Shown: positions 1-9,934, numbered from the stretch's first letter. The stretch: 64,000 bases of DNA from Planctomycetota bacterium (GCA_022072415.1 JAJVHW010000006.1:4958-68957), one strand, 5' to 3'. Program-made: numbers and translations. The notes: generated from the letters alone by a model not told the origin.

Positions 1-60
1 AAAGTCTAGCTCGTCCGGGCACTTCGCCTCAGCCTCCTGCCAACCGGGCGGCCCTCAGCG

Positions 61-2565
61 GTGTCCGCGAGCCAACCGGCCCTCGCCGCATCCCCGCCCC
101 GCGCGCGTCCACCGGCCCCCGTACACTCCCCGGCGATGACGGCTGAAGCTGCGATGACCGGGCGGGCGGGGCGCGACGCGGCGATCGCGGCGGCGCTGGC
201 GCGGCACTTCGGGTTCGGGGCGCTCCGGCCGCTGCAGAGGGACGCGATCGACGCGGCGCTCGACGGGCGGGATGCGCTGGTCGTGCTGCCGACCGGCGGC
301 GGGAAGTCGCTCTGCTACCAGCTCCCGCCGCTCGTGACCGGCCGGCTCACCGTGGTCGTGTCGCCGCTCATCGCGCTGATGAAGGACCAGGTGGACGGGC
401 TGCGCCTCGCCGGCTACCCCGCGGCGGCGCTGCACTCGAACGTCACGCCGAAGGAGCGGGCCGACCTGCGTCGCATGGAAGCGGCGGGCGAGCTGCGCCT
501 GCTCTTCGTCGCGCCGGAGCGGCTGTTCGCCGACGGGTTCCTCGACTGGATCGAGGGGCTCGCGCCGGGCGCGGTCGCCATCGACGAGGCCCACTGCATC
601 AGCCAGTGGGGCCATGACTTCCGCCCGGAGTACCGCCGCCTGGCCGAGCTGCGGGACCGCTTCGAGCGCGTGCCCTTCCACGCCTACACCGCCACGGCCA
701 CGCCGCGGGTGCGGGAGGACATCGCCACGCAACTGCGCCTCCGCGATCCGGCCGTGCTGGTCGGCACGTTCGACCGCCCGAACCTGACCTACCGCGTGCT
801 GCCGCGCCACGACCTCGCGGGGCAGGTGACGGACGCGATCCGTCGGCATCCCGCCGCGGCGTCGATCGTGTACTGCATCGCGCGGAAGGACACCGAGGAG
901 CTGGCCGCGTCGCTCCGCCGCGCGGGGATCGACGCGCGCGCCTACCACGCCGGGCTCGACCCTGCCGAGCGCGCCCGGGTCAGCGAGGACTTCCGCGCGG
1001 AACGTCTGCACGTGGTGGTCGCCACGGTGGCGTTCGGCATGGGGATCGACCGGGGCGACGTGAGGCTCGTGGTGCACGGGGCGATGCCGAAGAGCGTCGA
1101 GCACTACCAGCAGGAGACGGGGCGCGCGGGGCGCGACGGGCTGCCGGCCGAGTGCCTCCTCCTCTACACGTCGGCCGACGGCGCGAAGTGGCGGTCGATC
1201 CTCGCGCGGAGCGCTGCCGAGGGCGGCGACGACCCGCCCGGCGCGGGCGAGGCCGCCGCCGCGCAGATCGAGCTCCTCTCGCACATGCAGCGCTTCGCCG
1301 GGTCCGCGCGGTGCAGGCATCGCGCGCTCAGCGAGTACTTCGGACAGGAGTACCCGCACTCCGGGTGCGGAGCGTGCGACGTCTGCCTGCGGGAGCTCGA
1401 GGAGGTGCCCGACGGGCACGTCATCGCGCAGAAGATCCTGTCGGCGGTGGCGCGCACCGGCCGGCGCTTCGGCAGCGGCTACGTGATCGACGTCCTCCGC
1501 GGCAGCCGCACGGCGAAGGTGGTCGAGCGCGGGCACGACCGGATCCCCACGTTCGGGCTGCTGAAGGAGATGCCGGCGCAGCGCATCGGCAACTTCATCG
1601 ACCAGCTCGTGGATGCCGGGGCGCTCGCACGAACGGCCGGGGAGTACCCGGTGCTCGAGTTCACCGAGGACTCGGCGCGCGTGCTCCGCGGCGAGCGGCG
1701 TGCAGTGCTCGTGACGCCCCGGGCGGGCCTCGTCGCGAAGCCGCGGCGGCGGCAGGAGGGCGCGCGGTCCGCACAAGGCGGACAGGGTGCGCGGGGCGCG
1801 CCGGAGCGAGACCTCGCGCCGGCCGAGGAGGCGCTGTTCGAAGCGCTGCGCGCGCTTCGGCGCGGGATCGCGTCGGAGCTGGGCGTGCCTCCGTACATCG
1901 TGTTCGGCGACGTGACGCTCGAGGAACTGGCGCGCGTGCGGCCGACGTCCGAGGCGGCGCTCCTGCGGGTGAAGGGCGTGGGCGCGAAGAAGCTCGAGGC
2001 GTTCGGCGCGCGGTTCCTGGCGGCCATCGCGGAGCATCCGGCGGGTCCGCAGGGCGAGGCGCTGCGGGACGCGCCCGCCGCGGCACGCGGCGATTCCGGC
2101 GGAGGTGCCGAGGATGGCGCCGATGACGATGCCGACGATCGCGCCGACGGGAGCGCGGACGGCAGCGCATGCAGCGACGGCGAGTCCGCCGGCACGTCGG
2201 CCCCGAAACGGAGCGCGTCCCGCCGACGCGCCTCGGCTCTTTTCCGCAAGGGAGCAACGTTGGATGCGGTGGCGGCGGCGACGGATCGCGCGCCTTCGAC
2301 CGTCGTGCAGTACCTCGTCGAGTTCCTGCGAGAGGAGCCGCCGGCGTCGCTCGACCCGTGGGTCGCCCCCGAGGTGCAGGCCCGCGTGCTTCCCGCGCTG
2401 GCGTCGTCGCCCGACGGCCGGCTGCGCCCGGTCTTCGATCAACTGGCCGGCGCCGCGACGTACGACCAGATCCGCATGGTCCGCGCGTTCGTCGAGGGAA
2501 AGCTGCACTCCGTGACGGGGATGTCGCCGCGGACGGTGAACGAGCACGGCGAACGGCCCGCGTGA
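61..2565 (+). CDS. recQ: ATP-dependent DNA helicase RecQ with an unusual C-terminal extension (poly-Asp/Ser linker plus ~130 aa tail)
   Basis: DEAH-box helicase motifs are present (LVVLPTGGGKSLCYQLP, AIDEAHCISQWGHDFRPEY), together with the RecQ zinc-binding region (CRHRALSEYFG...CGACDVC) and an HRDC-like region. Start is GTG at 61 or an internal Met. Confidence 0.9.
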   Translation: MSASQPALAASPPRARPPAPVHSPAMTAEAAMTGRAGRDAAIAAALARHFGFGALRPLQRDAIDAALDGRDALVVLPTGGGKSLCYQLPPLVTGRLTVVVSPLIALMKDQVDGLRLAGYPAAALHSNVTPKERADLRRMEAAGELRLLFVAPERLFADGFLDWIEGLAPGAVAIDEAHCISQWGHDFRPEYRRLAELRDRFERVPFHAYTATATPRVREDIATQLRLRDPAVLVGTFDRPNLTYRVLPRHDLAGQVTDAIRRHPAAASIVYCIARKDTEELAASLRRAGIDARAYHAGLDPAERARVSEDFRAERLHVVVATVAFGMGIDRGDVRLVVHGAMPKSVEHYQQETGRAGRDGLPAECLLLYTSADGAKWRSILARSAAEGGDDPPGAGEAAAAQIELLSHMQRFAGSARCRHRALSEYFGQEYPHSGCGACDVCLRELEEVPDGHVIAQKILSAVARTGRRFGSGYVIDVLRGSRTAKVVERGHDRIPTFGLLKEMPAQRIGNFIDQLVDAGALARTAGEYPVLEFTEDSARVLRGERRAVLVTPRAGLVAKPRRRQEGARSAQGGQGARGAPERDLAPAEEALFEALRALRRGIASELGVPPYIVFGDVTLEELARVRPTSEAALLRVKGVGAKKLEAFGARFLAAIAEHPAGPQGEALRDAPAAARGDSGGGAEDGADDDADDRADGSADGSACSDGESAGTSAPKRSASRRRASALFRKGATLDAVAAATDRAPSTVVQYLVEFLREEPPASLDPWVAPEVQARVLPALASSPDGRLRPVFDQLAGAATYDQIRMVRAFVEGKLHSVTGMSPRTVNEHGERPA

Positions 2566-2711
2566 ACGCGGTACTCCTGACGTTCCCCGGCGAGTCGCCG
2601 CACATCACGAGATGAAGTGGAATTCCGGCGTCCGCCGGGCCATCGACACGCCTGCTGCCGAGGACGGCGCTCGCTGCTTCGCCCTGCGCCTGCACGCCGG
2701 CGGCGATCCAG

Positions 2712-4631
2712 TCACTTCCCTCCCACGTACCCGAGGCGGCGAAGCGCCTCGATCGTCCCGGCGTCGAGGTCGCGGGCGCCGCCGAGGAGGGCGGCGGCGG
2801 CGAGGCGGGTGAAGAGGTCGTCCATCAGCGAGAGGGCGCGGCGGGTCTCGGTGGCCTGTTCGACGGCGACGTCCTTCCGGTGGCGCGGGTCGCGCTCGTC
2901 CTCGTAGGCGGAGACGGACTCCTGGAGGGGCGCCTTCGCGCGGATCGCGAGGAGGGAGCCGTCGCGGATCGAGCGGAGGGAGACGGGGGTCATCGTGACC
3001 TCGGCGAGGACGGGCCGCGGGGCGATCGCGTCGGGGCGCGGGCCGGTGCCGAGGACCTGCGCGAGGAGGGACCGGCCGGAGCGCTGCGGGTCGGCGATGC
3101 GCGGGTCCTCGATGCCGCAGAGCTCCGTGAGGGTCGGGCCGACGTCGAGGAGCGTGGCGATGCCGCGGATGCGGCGGCCGCGCGACGCGGCGGGCGCAAC
3201 CGCGTCCGGCGCGCGGATCACGAGCGGCACCGAGATCACCTCGCGGTGGAGCGAGTGCCCGTGGGTCCATCCGCCGTGCTCGCAGAACTCCTCGCCGTGG
3301 TCGGCGAGGACGACGACCACCGTGTCGTCGAGCATCCCCCGCGCGCGGAGCCCGTCCACGAGCTTCCCGAACTCGCGGGACCAGCCGCGGATCTCGCCGT
3401 CGTACTGCGCCACGAGCTTCGCGCGGAAGGCGGGGTCGGGCTCCGGCGTCGTCTGGAACGGGAGGATGCCGTTGTAGCGCGGCGGTTCGGCGTACTCCTC
3501 GCCCTTCGGGAAGCCCATCGCCTCGGCGTCGGCGCGCGCGGGGACGTACGGGAGATGCGGCTCCATCGCGTGGACGTAGGCGAAGAAGGGGCGCCCGTCC
3601 TTCCTCGCCTCGTCGGCGAATGCGAGGGCGCGCTCGTGCAGGTGCGCCGCGCCGCGCTCCTCGCGGACGCCCACTCCGAACGGGCGGCCGGCGAGCGAGA
3701 GGACGCGCGTCATGAAGAGCGCCTTGCCGAGGAGCGTGCCGTTCACGACGACGCTCGGCGCGACGCCCTCGAAGCGCTCGAAGCCCTGTCCGAGCCCGAA
3801 CTCCTCGGAGACGAACGGGTTGTCCACGAACGCCGCGGTGCGCCATCCGGCCGCGCGGAACGTCTCCGAGATCGTGACCGCCTCCGGCACGAGCACGTCC
3901 CGCTGCTCGATGCACGCGTGCGTCGTCGGGTACATCGACGTGAAGAGCGACGCCACCGAGGGCTTCGTCCACGAAGTCACGGCGCGCGCGTCGTTGAAGG
4001 CGACCGCGTCCTTCGCGAACGCGTCGAACTCGGGGCTCGTCGGCTTCGCGTACCCGTGGAAGGAGAGATGGTCCGCGCGGAGCGTGTCCACGAGCACGAC
4101 GAGCACGTTCGGCCGCGGCTTCCCGCCGGCCGGGCCGCGCACCAGCGGCGCGTCGCCTTCGCCGCGGGGCGGGAGGACGAACCCGAAGAGCGCCGCGATG
4201 CCGAGCGACGCGATGGCGAGGAGCGCCCATCGTCCGCCGTGCGTCGCGTCGGCGCCCGGGGACCGGTAGCGCACCGTCACGAGGCCGGCGGCCGCGGCGA
4301 AGAGGAGCAGATCGACGAAGATCGAAAGCGGAGACGTGAAGCCGTCGAGCGCGGCCACGTTGATCCAGGCGGTGACGAAGAACCACACCGCGCCGCCCGC
4401 GAGGAGCAGGTCGAGCATGCGGAACGGCCACGCGAACCGCCGCGCCACGAGCACCGCCGCGGCGCCGAGCGGCGCGAACCATCCCGCGTAGAAGAGGACG
4501 ACCTTCCACCCGTGGTGCGGCTGGAGCACCTCGTGGGAGCTCCCGAGCGCGCGGCCCACGTCGAGGAGTCCCGCGAACGCGCCCGCCGCGGCACCCTGGA
4601 GGACGCCCCGCAGGATCGACGGCTTCCGCAT
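2712..4631 (-). CDS. Membrane-anchored sulfatase (alkaline-phosphatase superfamily)
   Basis: Several N-terminal TM helices are followed by the sulfatase signature LVVLVDTLRADHLSFHGY and the metal-binding region VLADHGEEFCEHGGWTHGHS. The start MRKPSIL was chosen inside the long ORF 2712..5099, whose upstream portion is Arg-rich junk. Confidence 0.8.
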   Translation of the reverse strand: MRKPSILRGVLQGAAAGAFAGLLDVGRALGSSHEVLQPHHGWKVVLFYAGWFAPLGAAAVLVARRFAWPFRMLDLLLAGGAVWFFVTAWINVAALDGFTSPLSIFVDLLLFAAAAGLVTVRYRSPGADATHGGRWALLAIASLGIAALFGFVLPPRGEGDAPLVRGPAGGKPRPNVLVVLVDTLRADHLSFHGYAKPTSPEFDAFAKDAVAFNDARAVTSWTKPSVASLFTSMYPTTHACIEQRDVLVPEAVTISETFRAAGWRTAAFVDNPFVSEEFGLGQGFERFEGVAPSVVVNGTLLGKALFMTRVLSLAGRPFGVGVREERGAAHLHERALAFADEARKDGRPFFAYVHAMEPHLPYVPARADAEAMGFPKGEEYAEPPRYNGILPFQTTPEPDPAFRAKLVAQYDGEIRGWSREFGKLVDGLRARGMLDDTVVVVLADHGEEFCEHGGWTHGHSLHREVISVPLVIRAPDAVAPAASRGRRIRGIATLLDVGPTLTELCGIEDPRIADPQRSGRSLLAQVLGTGPRPDAIAPRPVLAEVTMTPVSLRSIRDGSLLAIRAKAPLQESVSAYEDERDPRHRKDVAVEQATETRRALSLMDDLFTRLAAAALLGGARDLDAGTIEALRRLGYVGGK

Positions 4632-4635
4632 CCCG

Positions 4636-5784
4636 TCAGCCCCCGAACCGGTAGTCGTAGAAGGACGTGTCGCCCGGCGCCGGCAGCGCGCCCTTCCGGA
4701 GCAGGATCGTGCGCACGGCCCAGAGATCCTTGAACACGCGGTAGCGGAGCGCCGTGGAGTCGAGGTACGCGACACCCTCCGAACCGCCCGTCCCCGGCCG
4801 CGAACCGATCTCGCGCTCGACCATGCGCGCGTGCCGCTGGCGGAAGATGAGCATCGACTGCTCGAGCGCGACCAGCGAGTCGAGGAGTTCCCGCGGCCAC
4901 GCGAGGAGCGGCAGGTCGCGGTAGCTCTCGATGAAGAGGATCGCCGCGCGGATGCGGCTGCGCCGCGCGCGCTCGGCGTCGGACGTGCCCTCGGGGAGGT
5001 CCGCGGCGCGGAGGAAGTCGCGGGCCCGGGCGACCTCCGCGCGGTAGCGCGCGGCGAGTGCGCTCCGCGCCGCGGGGTCCTCGAGCTGGAGCGCCGCACG
5101 CGCGTCGGGATCGCCGATGTCCCGCTCCATCGCGGTCACGTAGTCCGCGCAGAAGCCCGCCACGACGGCGGCATCGCCCGCATCCCCCGGACGGCTCCCG
5201 AGGATCGGCGTGCGATGGAGCCACCGCTCGAGCACGACCAGGATCGGCGGGCCGGACTCGCGGAGCGCGTCGAGGCGCGACTTGCTGCCGCTCGCCGAGC
5301 CGTCGGCGTTCATGAGCGCGCGGTCCTGCGAACCCTTCCCGCCGTAGCCGATTCGCGCCGCCTCGTCGAGCCCGAGGATCGCCTCCACCTCGCGGAACTG
5401 GCCGGACTGGAAGCCGCTCGCGCGCATCAGCTTCTCGCGGAAGTCGAGGAAGTCGCGCGTCGAGAGCGTCTCCATCACGCGCCAGTGCTGCGCGGCGATC
5501 TCGAAGATGACCCCCACGCGGCGGAGCGAGTGGACGGCCACGCTCATCCGCTGGTCGGGCACGAACTCCGGGAGCAGCTCGTCGCGGATCCCGCGGAGTT
5601 CGCGGATCGCCAGCTTGAACCAGAGCTCGTAGATCTGGTGGACGACGATGAAGAGTTCCTCGTGCGTCGAGACCGGCGCGCCGCCGACCCCGCCCTGGAG
5701 CGAGAGCAGAGCGTCCACGCGGAGATAGTCCCAGTAGCTCGTCGCCCGCGGTCCGGCTGCGCCGGGGTGGTCGGGTGCGGTCAT
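4636..5784 (-). CDS. kynA: Tryptophan 2,3-dioxygenase
   Basis: The TDO signature SYWDYLRVDALLSLQ and the segment FIVVHQIYELWFKL are present. The start MTAPDHP overlaps the upstream gene's stop (ATGA). Confidence 0.8.
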   Translation of the reverse strand: MTAPDHPGAAGPRATSYWDYLRVDALLSLQGGVGGAPVSTHEELFIVVHQIYELWFKLAIRELRGIRDELLPEFVPDQRMSVAVHSLRRVGVIFEIAAQHWRVMETLSTRDFLDFREKLMRASGFQSGQFREVEAILGLDEAARIGYGGKGSQDRALMNADGSASGSKSRLDALRESGPPILVVLERWLHRTPILGSRPGDAGDAAVVAGFCADYVTAMERDIGDPDARAALQLEDPAARSALAARYRAEVARARDFLRAADLPEGTSDAERARRSRIRAAILFIESYRDLPLLAWPRELLDSLVALEQSMLIFRQRHARMVEREIGSRPGTGGSEGVAYLDSTALRYRVFKDLWAVRTILLRKGALPAPGDTSFYDYRFGG

Positions 5785-6881
5785 TGGATCTCCTGTCTGA
5801 CCTCGGGGACGTCCCGGACGAGCATCCCCGAGACCCGCGCGGCGACGAGCGCGGCCCACGCCATGGCGAACCGCACGCCGAACAGGACGAAGCGGAGCAG
5901 GTCGCGGCCGAAGGTGTGGTCCTCGATCGTCGCGCCGCGCTCCGGCGACGGGTTGAACGTGCCGGAGAGCACGGCCGCGATCCCGAAGAGCCCGAGGAAG
6001 GCCGCGGTCGGCGCCACGGCGATCTTCGCCGCGAACGCGTTCTTCCTCCACGCGCGGAGCGAACGGGTCGGGAGCGCGCCGGACGCGTCGTCGCGGAGGA
6101 CCGTCGCGGCGTGCGCGAACGGCAGGTGGAGCGTGGCGGCGACGAGGCACGCGGCGAGCACCGCGGCCGTGAGCCAGGAAGGCGCGCCGAAGGCGGACTG
6201 GACCGACATCCAGAGCCCGGCGGGAAGCATCCCCACCGCGAGGCAGACCACGAAGAGCCCCGCCGCCGTGCGCCGGTCCATCGGATCGAGTTCGTCGGTG
6301 AAGCCCGCGACGGGCCGGTCCTCGATCGTGGCCTTCGTGATGCGGCGGGACCAGAGCCCGAGCACGGCGAACGCGGGGATCCAGAGCGCGCCGCGGAGCC
6401 ACATCAGGTAGTGGCGCGAGTCCTTCGTGGAGCCGCCCTCGACCCACGACATGAAGAGGAAGAGCGCCGCGAGCATGAACGTGGCCGGGAGGACGCCGGG
6501 GGCCACGGGCGTGCGGAGGATCTCGAGCCACGGGGACTCGGACGGCGCGCCCGGGTCCGCGGGCGCCGGCGCGGACGGCGCTGCGACGGCGGGTGCGGCG
6601 CTCTCGACAGTCGGCTGCGGTTCGGACGCGGGTGCCTCCGCGACGGGCTCCGTGCCGGGCGTCGCATCGGGCGAAGCGCCGTTCGTTGCGCCAAGCGTTG
6701 CGCCTAGCGTTGCGTCGGGCGTCGCGGGCGGAGGGCTCCCCGCCGGCTCCATCTCGAGCGGCGCCGACCCGGACGAATCGCCGCCGGTCGCGTCGGGCGG
6801 CTCGTCCGCGTGCGTCGGTCGGACAGGACCCGCGCGGCGCGGCTCGGGGTCCCCCGGCTCGAGCTCCAGCGGCCCGGTCAT
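5781..6881 (-). CDS. Hypothetical polytopic membrane protein with Pro/Ala/Thr-rich N-terminal low-complexity region
   Basis: Five or six hydrophobic helices follow an N-terminal PT-rich repeat (ATPDATLGATLGATNGASPDATPG). The start MTGPLELEP makes an ATGA overlap with the upstream lipoprotein gene. Confidence 0.55.
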   Translation of the reverse strand: MTGPLELEPGDPEPRRAGPVRPTHADEPPDATGGDSSGSAPLEMEPAGSPPPATPDATLGATLGATNGASPDATPGTEPVAEAPASEPQPTVESAAPAVAAPSAPAPADPGAPSESPWLEILRTPVAPGVLPATFMLAALFLFMSWVEGGSTKDSRHYLMWLRGALWIPAFAVLGLWSRRITKATIEDRPVAGFTDELDPMDRRTAAGLFVVCLAVGMLPAGLWMSVQSAFGAPSWLTAAVLAACLVAATLHLPFAHAATVLRDDASGALPTRSLRAWRKNAFAAKIAVAPTAAFLGLFGIAAVLSGTFNPSPERGATIEDHTFGRDLLRFVLFGVRFAMAWAALVAARVSGMLVRDVPEVRQEIQ

Positions 6882-7279
6882 CGGACCGCGGGGAAGAGCT
6901 CGCGGAACGCCACCGACTCGGGGGAGAGGAAGACGATCTCGAGGCCCGGCAGGCGCTTCACCGGCAGCCAGGCGTTCCACGACACGCCGTCGGACTCGTC
7001 CTCGCTCAGCGCGTTCCGGTTCACGCTGAACACGTCCTTGAAGCACCCGCGGATCGGGCCTTCCGGAACGCACTGGATCACCTGGTACTCGTCCTGCACG
7101 CGGTGGACGAACACCTCTCCGTGCGACGACTTCCACGGTTCGCCGAGGCGGAGCGGCTGGACGCTCCCCGGGGAGACCGGCGCGGCGGTGCTGCCGCCCT
7201 GCGAGGCGCAGGCGGCGAGCGTCGCGGCAATCGAGAGGACGAGCACGACGTGCGGCGCCTTCTTCACGGCGGGGTGCAT
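6878..7279 (-). CDS. Small lipoprotein (signal peptide plus lipobox LAAC)
   Basis: The N-terminus MHPAVKKAPHVVLVLSIAATLAACAS is a signal peptide with a lipobox. It is the first gene of a four-gene overlapping operon. Confidence 0.6.
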   Translation of the reverse strand: MHPAVKKAPHVVLVLSIAATLAACASQGGSTAAPVSPGSVQPLRLGEPWKSSHGEVFVHRVQDEYQVIQCVPEGPIRGCFKDVFSVNRNALSEDESDGVSWNAWLPVKRLPGLEIVFLSPESVAFRELFPAVR

Positions 7280-7319
7280 GGGGCCTCCTTCGCGGCGGGA
7301 CGGCAGGGAGTGTACTCCA

Positions 7320-9161
7320 TCACCGCCCGGAGAGCTTCTCCTCGGTCAGCGTCCCGTCGTCCTGCCGGATGACGTACGCCCGGCGCCCCGCCACGTCGCG
7401 GAACTCGTGCGACGTGCCGCCCGGCCACTGGATCACGACCTTCCGCGCGGCGGGCTCCGCGCCGAGCCCGAAGAAGAAGCGCGGATCGTTGTCGCCGCAG
7501 AACGAGTCGCCGTAGTGGAGCTCGCGGACCTGCACCGAGCCGTCGGCCATGGTGACGAGGACCCGCGCCCCGGCCGGCGTCGTGAGGGGCTTCTTCCCGT
7601 CGAGGCGGAACCGCAGGAACGAGTTCCTGTTCCCCCCGTCGTTCCGGAAGAGCGCCGCCTTCCCGTTGAGCGCGCCGACCCACACGTCCTCGTCGCCGTC
7701 GTCGTCGAAGTCGGCGAAGGTCGCGCCGCGCCAGACGCGCTTCAGGCCGAACGCGGGCCCGGCGTCGTCGGTCACGTCCCGGAGCATCCGCGCGGTCGTG
7801 CCGTCGTTCCGGAGCACCTGGCAGCGCTGCGCGTAGCTCGTCTGCGTCGTCTTCTCGAAGTCGTCCATCTCGCCGTAGACGTGCCCGCACGCGGTGAAGT
7901 AGTCGAGCCATCCGTCGAGGTCGAAGTCCACGAACTTGACGCCCCAGCTCAGGCGGAAGTAGCTCGGCTGCGCGAGCCCCACGGCGTGCGTGCTGTCGGT
8001 GAACGAGATCACGCGGCTCCCGTCGGGGCGGCGGGTGCGTCCGGTCTTGTTCAGGTAGATGGTGTTGTAGTCGTGGGAGAAGTTGGTCACGGTGAGGTCG
8101 AGCCAGCCGTCGCGGTCGTAGTCCGCGGCGTCCACGCCCATGCACGCCTGCTCCAGCATGTCGCGGTTCATGGCGACGCCCGCCTGGAGGGCCAGGTCCT
8201 CGAAGACGCCCTTCCCGTCGTTCACCCAGAGGTGGTTCGACTGCGTGTCGTTCGCCACGAAGATGTCGAGGTCGCCGTCGTTGTCCACGTCGGTCATGAC
8301 GGGGGAGAAGCCGTAGTAGGCCTTCTGGTTCCGGAGGCGCGCCTTCGATTCGTCGGAGAACGTGCCGTCGCCGCGGCCGATCCAGAGACGGTCGAGCTGT
8401 CCCGTGAGTCCCGCGGGGCCCACGTACACCTTGTGACCGCGCCAGGTCGCGTTCCGTCCGCCGATCCCGGCCTTCCGGCACTCGTCGATGTACGCCTTCT
8501 GGTCGGAGTAGTTCGCCGCGTAGATGTCGAGGATCCCGTCGCCGTTCACGTCGCCGAGCGCGCAGGAGGTCGTCATCTCCCAGTCGCCGCCCGCGACGTC
8601 CGCGCGGTCCGTGATGTCCTCGAACGTGCCGTCGCCGCGGTTCCTGTACAGGCGGTTCCGGCCCCAGCAGCAGATGTACAGGTCCGGCCAGCCGTCGCCG
8701 TCCACGTCGCCGGCCGCGCCGCCGAACCCGAACGCCTGGAGGTCGATTCCCGCGGCCTTCGTCACCTCGGTGAACTTCATCCCGCCTTCGTTGCGGAAGA
8801 GGCGCGTGCGGGCCTCGTCGAGGTACTCGAGGACGCCCTGGTCGGTCAGCATCGTGCCGTCCACCACGCAGAGGTCCATGTCGCCGTCGCGGTCGTAGTC
8901 GAACGCGATCGCGGCGGCGCCCATGCCGGAGACGATCCAGTCCTTCTTCGCCGGCTTCCCGGTGTGGTTCATGGTCGCGACGCCCGCCTCCTCGGCGACG
9001 TCCACGAACGTCGGGAACGGGGCGGCCGCGGGCTTCGCGGGCGGGCGCTCCGCCGGGGCCTGAGCGGGGGTCGGCGGCGCATCGGGCGAACTGGGCGCGA
9101 CGGGCGCGGGCGCGGAGTCGCACGCCGCGAGCGCGAGGGCCGCTCCCGCCGCGGCGAACAT
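7320..9161 (-). CDS. FG-GAP/VCBS repeat lipoprotein with C-terminal ASPIC/UnbV domain (CRTAC1-like)
   Basis: Lipoprotein signal MFAAAGAALALAACDS is followed by repeated DxDGDGxxDL motifs and a C-terminal ELHYGDSFCGDNDPRFFFGLG (ASPIC-UnbV). The start was chosen inside ORF 7320..9515. Confidence 0.8.
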   Translation of the reverse strand: MFAAAGAALALAACDSAPAPVAPSSPDAPPTPAQAPAERPPAKPAAAPFPTFVDVAEEAGVATMNHTGKPAKKDWIVSGMGAAAIAFDYDRDGDMDLCVVDGTMLTDQGVLEYLDEARTRLFRNEGGMKFTEVTKAAGIDLQAFGFGGAAGDVDGDGWPDLYICCWGRNRLYRNRGDGTFEDITDRADVAGGDWEMTTSCALGDVNGDGILDIYAANYSDQKAYIDECRKAGIGGRNATWRGHKVYVGPAGLTGQLDRLWIGRGDGTFSDESKARLRNQKAYYGFSPVMTDVDNDGDLDIFVANDTQSNHLWVNDGKGVFEDLALQAGVAMNRDMLEQACMGVDAADYDRDGWLDLTVTNFSHDYNTIYLNKTGRTRRPDGSRVISFTDSTHAVGLAQPSYFRLSWGVKFVDFDLDGWLDYFTACGHVYGEMDDFEKTTQTSYAQRCQVLRNDGTTARMLRDVTDDAGPAFGLKRVWRGATFADFDDDGDEDVWVGALNGKAALFRNDGGNRNSFLRFRLDGKKPLTTPAGARVLVTMADGSVQVRELHYGDSFCGDNDPRFFFGLGAEPAARKVVIQWPGGTSHEFRDVAGRRAYVIRQDDGTLTEEKLSGR

Positions 9162-9187
9162 GCGGCTCGAGCGGTTCCGGGTCAGCT

Positions 9188-9358
9188 TCACGGCTCCTCC
9201 GAATCCGCCCGACGGGCGTCCCACATCTGCTTCACGCGCGCGAGGAAGTAGACGACCGCGGAGAGGACGAGCACGCCCGTCCCCGTCGTCTGCCACCGCT
9301 CGCCCCCGGCGAGCAGGATCGCCGCTCCGGCGACGAGGAGGACGCACGCGGCGACCAT
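9188..9358 (-). CDS. Small two-TM membrane protein (56 aa)
   Basis: The sequence MVAACVLLVAGAAILLAGG...VLVLSAVVYFLARV is hydrophobic. It sits immediately upstream of the FG-GAP lipoprotein gene, and only the 3' part of ORF 9188..9829 is plausible. Confidence 0.35.
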   Translation of the reverse strand: MVAACVLLVAGAAILLAGGERWQTTGTGVLVLSAVVYFLARVKQMWDARRADSEEP

Positions 9359-9547
9359 GCCTGCGTTCAAGCGGAACGTGAAGGGGAGCACGGGCCGGAA
9401 GGTATCCGTCCCGCCCGCGGAATTCGACGTCCGCAGGGCGGGTCCCGGGCGGTGCGCCCGCGCGAACCGCGCGCGAGTCGGGATTTCCGACGGGAACCGG
9501 CGGGCGGCGGAGCATGGTACGGCGTCGTGACCCGGGAGGGCCTGGGG

Positions 9548-9934
9548 TTGCCCGATCTCACCCTGAAGTGCCGAGACTGCGGAGCCGACTTCGTCTTCAG
9601 CGAGGGCGACCAGAGCCGATTCGCGGAGCACGGCTACGCGCCGCCCCGGCGATGCAAGTCCTGCCGCGCGAGGCAGCGCACGCGCGCGGCCAGCACCGGC
9701 ACCGGCGTCGGCACCGGCGATTCGGGGAGGGCTCCCGGCGGCGTTCCCCAGGGGACCCCCGCGCCCGGCGGCGGCGCCGCGGGGGCGGACACGCCTCGCT
9801 CCCGCCCGAAGCCCGCGGGGCCGATGCACGACACCCGGTGCAGCGAGTGCGACGCGCCGACGCAGGTGCCGTTCGTGCCGGACGGACTTCGTCCGGTGTT
9901 CTGCCTCGCCTGCCTGAAGAAGCGCACGCGCTGA
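9548..9934 (+). CDS. Zinc-ribbon protein (two CxxC...CxxC pairs), probable TTG start
   Basis: Two Cys pairs are present: KCRDCGADFVFSEGDQSRFAEHGYAPPRRCKSCR and CSECDAPTQVPFVPDGLRPVFCLACL. GGAGGG at 9535-9540 lies 7 nt before TTG 9548. The ATG at 9452 gives an Arg-rich, implausible N-terminus. Confidence 0.5.
   Translation: MPDLTLKCRDCGADFVFSEGDQSRFAEHGYAPPRRCKSCRARQRTRAASTGTGVGTGDSGRAPGGVPQGTPAPGGGAAGADTPRSRPKPAGPMHDTRCSECDAPTQVPFVPDGLRPVFCLACLKKRTR

Noticed and set aside
2566-2711. Possible convergent terminator between recQ and the sulfatase gene (CCGGCGTCCGCCGG)
   Set aside because: The stem is only 5-6 bp with a 2-4 nt loop, there is no U-tract, and it is not distinguishable from background GC-rich palindromes.
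2605-4733. Long ORFs 2605..4509(-), 2880..4733(+), 2990..3199 and 2995..3477 overlapping the sulfatase gene
   Set aside because: Their composition is Arg/Ala/Pro/Gly-rich, as expected from alternate frames of 70% GC DNA, and they contain no motifs. The sulfatase frame carries a recognisable signature.
6810-9251. ORFs 6810..9251(+) 813 aa and 7264..9123(-) 619 aa
   Set aside because: They are antisense or alternate-frame to the FG-GAP lipoprotein gene. They are extremely Arg-rich and have no domains.
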